From Scyliorhinus canicula (Eukaryota): a stretch of 64,000 nt of DNA. The position numbers were made by a program, and so were the translations under genes. The stretch lies in contig NW_024055498.1 of the NCBI RefSeq assembly GCF_902713615.1, positions 124,001-188,000 on the forward strand, written 5' to 3'. Shown in pieces: positions 60,340 through 64,000 of this stretch. Position 1 is the first letter of the stretch. Each line of letters opens with the position of its first letter. Below the pieces are notes generated by a model. That model searched no databases and had not been told where the DNA came from. It saw nothing but the letters and a program-made list of their open reading frames with translations.

Positions 60340-62600
60340 AAGGAAGGCAAATGCAATGTTAACACTCATGTCGAGAGGGCTAGAATACAAAAGCAGGGCT
60401 GTACTTCTGAGGCTGTATAGGCTCTGGTCAGGTAACGTTTGGAGTTTTGGGCCCCGTATCAAAGGAACAATGTGCCAGCCTTGGAAAAGGGTCCATAGGA
60501 GGTTCACAAGAATGATCCCTGGAATGAAGAACTTGTCGTATGAGGACTCTGGGTCTGCACTTGTTGAGAGTTCAGAAGGGTGGGGGGGGGGGGAGATTTT
60601 ACTGAAACGTACAGGATACTGTGAGTCCTGGATAGAGTGGATGTGGAGAGGATGTTTCCACTTGCAGGAAAAACTAGAACCAGAGGGCTCAATCTCAGAC
60701 TAAAGGTACCATTCTTGAAAACAGAGATTTAGGAATTTCTTCAGCCAGAGGGTGGTGAATTTGTGGCACTTTGCCGCAGAAAGCTGTGGAGGACAAATCA
60801 CTGAGTGTCTTTAAGACAGAGATAGATAGATTCTTGATTAATAAGGGGATCAGGTGTTCTGGGGAGAAGGCAGAAGAATGGGGATGAAAAAATATCAGCC
60901 ATGATTGAATGGTAGAGCAGACTCTATGGGGCGAGTGGCCTAATTCTGCTCCTATATCTTATGGTGTTAGATCCTGAGTTTTTATTTTCTACAATAACCT
61001 TTGATATGACAACCTATCAAATGCCTTCTGGAAATCTAAGGACAGTACATTCACCTGTTCCCTTTTAGCCACAGTACACGTGACTCCATCAAATAACTCT
61101 GATAAATTGGGTAAATATGATTTCCCTTTCACAAAACCATAATCTGCCTGATTACCTTGAATTTTCCTAACATGTTCCCTATGACAGATGTTTTGCTGAC
61201 TGGCCTGTCGTTTCCAGCTATCTGCCCCCCTCCCATTGTGAATAAAGGAGTTACTTTTGTTATTTTCCAATTTAATGGATTCCTCCCTGTATCGAGCAAA
61301 TTTTGAACAATGAACCGGGTGCATCAACTCTCTCATTAGTTGCTTCTTTCAAGATCTTATGGTGAAGTCGACCCGAATCCAGGGTTTTGTCAGCCTGCAG
61401 ACTCAAACATTGCTCATTAACACTTCCCTGGTGATTGTAATTTATTGAAACTCTATCTGTCTTTATATTTCTAGCCAGCTTTCTCTGGCACTCTAATTAT
61501 TCCGGTCTTATTATTATTTTTGTGTTTATATTTTATTCTTTATATTCTGCCTAATGTTCTGACCTGAAATCTGCCTTTGCGCTGTTACGTGCTTTTTAAA
61601 AAACATTGCTATGTCTTTAACTTTTTTAGTTAAAGACAGATGCTGTGTCCTCACCATGGCATTTTCCATTCTTACGAGAATGTATCTATTCTGTGTATAC
61701 TGAAATATCCCGTTCAATGTCTGCTACTGAATCTCTATTGACCTGACAATTTGAAAGTTCATTTTAGCTAGCTCTGCATTGATGCCCAAGTAATTGCTTT
61801 TATTTAATCTTAACTTACTCGTCTTGGATTCAATCTTCTTCCCCTCAAACTGCATGTCAAATTCAATCATTTTATAATCACTGTTACCTGGGGACGCCTT
61901 CACCGTGAGGTTATCAATTAATCCTTGTTCCACAATACCGAGTCTGGTATAACCTTTTTTTTAAATTTAGAGGACACAATTTTTTTTTTTCCAATTAAGG
62001 GGCGATTTAGCGTGGCCAATCCACCTAATCTGCACATCTTTTGGGTTGTGGGGGTGAAACCCACGCAGACATGGGGAGAATGTGCAAACTCCACATGGAC
62101 AGTGACCCAAGGCCAGGATTCGAACCTGGGTCCTTAGCGCCGCAGTCCCAGTGCTATCCACTGCACCACATGTCACATATCTGGTATAACCTGACCTCTG
62201 GTTGGCTCCAAAATGTGCTGATTGTAGAAACTATTGCAACTATTCTGTGAAATCCTCACCTATGCTACCTTCGACCATCTGATTTTTCGAGTCTATAAGT
62301 TGACTAAAATCCTCCTTGATTATCGCTGTACCTTTTCTGACAAGCTCCCATTATCTCTTCCTTTACACTCTGTCCTACTGTGTCGTTATAATTAGGAGGC
62401 TTGCACACCACTCCCAGAAGTAAATTCTTGCCTTTATCATTTTTTATCTCAATTCAAACCACTCCTACATCCTGGTTTCCTGAGCTTAGGTCATCCCTGT
62501 CTAATGTGCCAACAGCATCAATAATTAACAGAGCCGCTCTTCCACCTTTTCCTAGATTTCTAGCCTTCCTAAATTTCACATACAGATCCTTTAGTTTTGT
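60340..62600. mobile_element. CR1 fragments (60340-60968 +; 60990-62600 -) with a SINE at 61953-62175
   Basis: KANAML..SRGLEYKS, GFVKGKS..NL..LDFQKAFD and GNSDYKMIEF motifs. Confidence 0.8.
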
Positions 62601-62997
62601 CCTTTTATTCTTTTTGTAGCGTTTATCTGATGTAATTTTAAATGTGTTCTCTCTGTCTCTTCCTGCCACAGTCTGTTTATCATTTCCCATATTCTTACCT
62701 TTCTCTCTTGTCTTACGCTTTGCTTTACCACATCTTCCAAAACAAATCCGAAAAGATCCAACAATGGAACAGTCGGTAACAGGACATCAATCAGTCTCCT
62801 CCTATCTTAGAGAAATCAAGGACTGGAACACTGTCGTCAACATAGAGCTAATCTAATTAATCTACAGAATATTAAACTCCGGCCGAGTCACAGGAATGAT
62901 TAACATCAACTGAAACAAACTCTGACAACTGTCAGAATGAACACGGTTCAGTTCTGGATGTGATTAACAGCAGCAGTAACAGAATCCAATCCCTATA

Positions 62998-63960
<963 letters not shown>

Positions 63961-64000
63961 TTCAGAACAGATAATTCAAGTTTCTGGGTAATAATTGTTT

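Overview
Eukaryotic, repeat-rich genomic window, most likely from a shark (inferred from HE1/V-SINE-like, DeuSINE/SacSINE-like, CR1 and Penelope content; catshark-like). It is a tandem cluster of C2H2 zinc-finger genes with no recognisable KRAB/SCAN/BTB effector in the finger exons. There are about 8 arrays (4 with long open frames, 2 broken by a single in-frame stop, 2 heavily decayed) plus 2 finger-less remnants. Several sit head-to-head around duplicated CpG-island promoter cassettes with NRF1-, YY1-, ZNF143-like, CCAAT and GC-box motifs. One intronless BTB-BACK (BTBD17/LGALS3BP-like) ORF lies inside the cluster behind a 47-bp VNTR. Intergenic DNA is a mosaic of SINEs, CR1/L2-like, Tx1-like, Rex1/Babar and Penelope-like elements, a solo LTR, a TIR element, several minisatellites and two N gaps. 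The most unusual items are (i) a TSD-flanked, A-tailed, remodelled U2-snRNA-derived retroelement (55466-56064, minus), a candidate U2-derived SINE, and (ii) several minimal hammerhead ribozymes from two Penelope families, including a 129-bp ribozyme-bearing insertion with an 11-bp TSD and a family with a U3-A8 compensatory core. All calls were made by eye; no database searches were run.
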